64,000 nucleotides of DNA from NCBI RefSeq assembly GCF_004010195.1, contig NC_057749.1:7151416-7215415 (forward strand), written 5' to 3'. The notes beneath the pieces are model-generated. The model was not told where the DNA came from. It saw nothing but the letters and a program-made list of their open reading frames with translations, and made no database searches. Of this stretch, positions 62,929 to 64,000 are shown piece by piece (position 1 is the stretch's first letter; the number at the start of each line of letters is the position of its first letter). Source of the stretch: Chiloscyllium plagiosum (lineage: Eukaryota). A program made the position numbers and the translations under genes.

Positions 62929-63435
62929 TGTTGTGTCACCATGGTCTTACCAGACCATAGGGGCTGCTCTCTCAGAGAGAAGCAGCTGGTGGTGATTTAA
63001 CCTGAGGGCCAGCAGATTGCAGGCGAGGGAAGAGGTTGAAAAGGAGAGTCCTTCATGGTAACCTCAAACTGGTGATGGGAATTGAACTCATGCTGTTGGT
63101 ATCATAAGGAGAAAGTGAGGTCTGCAGATGCTGGAGATCAGAGATGGAAATGTGTTGCTGGAAAAGCGCAGCAGGTCAGGCAGCATCTAGGGAACAGGAG
63201 AATCGACGTTTCGGGCATTAGCCCTTCTTCAGGAATGAGGACAGTTTGTCCAGCAGGCAGCCTGCTGGACAAACTGTCCTCATTCCTGAAGAAGGGGTAA
63301 TGCCCGAAACGTCGATTCTCCTGTTCCCTAGATGCTGCCTGACCTGCTGCGCTTTTCCAGCAACACATTTCCATCTGTTGGTATCATAGTGCGCTGCATA
63401 CCAACAATCCAGCCAACTGAGCTAAACCGATTCCC
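62929..63435 (-). mobile_element. Full-length tRNA-derived SINE, family C
   Basis: Head gggaatcggtttagctcagttgg (A box), gagttcaattccc (B box), caacaa tail; TSD tgt(c/t)gcatgt (62919-62928, 63436-63445). Confidence 0.8.
63107..63374 (-). mobile_element. Fold-back PLE terminal-repeat insertion, family A (young)
   Basis: 117 bp arms (63142-63258 and 63260-63376, 1 mismatch, 1 nt loop); 14 bp TSD ctgttggtatcata (63093-63106, 63375-63388). Confidence 0.92.
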
Positions 63436-63619
63436 TGTTGCATGTACTCAAATACAGAAATGCAGGCGTACAGTGAAATGTGTACAATGTCACCATGCAT
63501 AGTGCCATCTTAGATACAAATGTATCTATGTAAAAAAGCTTAGGTACAAAGTGATAAGGCAAACAGAGTTAAAGCATTCCCTCATAGAATAAGTAGAAAA
63601 ATAAAGAAATAAGGTAATA

Positions 63620-63830
63620 CAGTCTGTGCGCATATAACGCAATAGTTTTGTTCCCATGCGATCCCGCGTGGTCAGAATATTGTGTAATAGCAGCACCGTT
63701 TAAATTAACGAGACCGGAATCGCGTTCTAGCCAATACAGGTAAGGAAAGTTCATGTTCTACAAATAATGGCCTAAATTCTTCAATCACTTTAAAGCCAAT
63801 TCGTGTTGAAGAAACGCGTCAAACCTACTG
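63620..63830. mobile_element. Degraded Tigger/mariner-like MITE
   Basis: TA-CAGT...ACTG-TA ends and ataacgc/cgcgtt internal motifs; TIR match is weak. Confidence 0.5.
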
Positions 63831-64000
63831 TAGTTAATATCAAAGTCTTCCTTAATTTAAACTTGAAGGAATTAAGTTATCTATTGTTATTTCGTAATGT
63901 ATGATATTCCTTTGCTTATCTCACTCTATGGGAGACCTCAGCTGCCTGTTCTCAACAGCTTGGGGTGGGGTTGGGATTCAAGTTTTTAAACATCCCACTC

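Noticed and set aside
25278..63374. Reading the palindromes as DNA-transposon MITEs or microRNA precursors
   Set aside because: Asymmetric ends, variable 11-15 bp TSDs and identity with PLE 3' repeats.
1..64000. Prokaryotic-style systems (operons, CRISPR arrays, defence islands)
   Set aside because: The sequence is eukaryotic repeat-rich DNA with no regularly spaced repeat-spacer array or intact gene cluster.

Overview
Repeat-rich, apparently non-coding vertebrate DNA. The repeat content (HE1/V-SINEs, HER1/CR1 LINE tails, DeuSINE remnants) points to a cartilaginous fish (shark); this is an inference. I found no recognisable host protein-coding exon, and almost every ORF in the track is a transposon remnant or noise. 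Main components: about 17 HE1 SINE copies, many CR1 fragments (one keeps its 5' UTR, ORF1 and endonuclease), a 2.9 kb 5'-truncated Tx1-like LINE, a Rex1/Babar LINE, Neptune- and Poseidon-type Penelope-like element (PLE) remnants, two related solo LTRs, Tigger-like MITEs and a tRNA-Glu pseudogene. AT-rich non-repeat islands may be conserved non-coding elements. The most notable signal is a set of short (130-270 bp) PLE-derived fold-back insertions with 11-15 bp target-site duplications (TSDs). Each carries a minimal type I hammerhead ribozyme motif near the hairpin apex. Five sequence-distinct families covary in stems I, II and III around an invariant CUGANGA/GAAA core. Two local templated insertions are also visible. 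Repeat boundaries are read by eye and approximate unless a TSD is quoted; family names come from recalled consensus motifs, not a database search.
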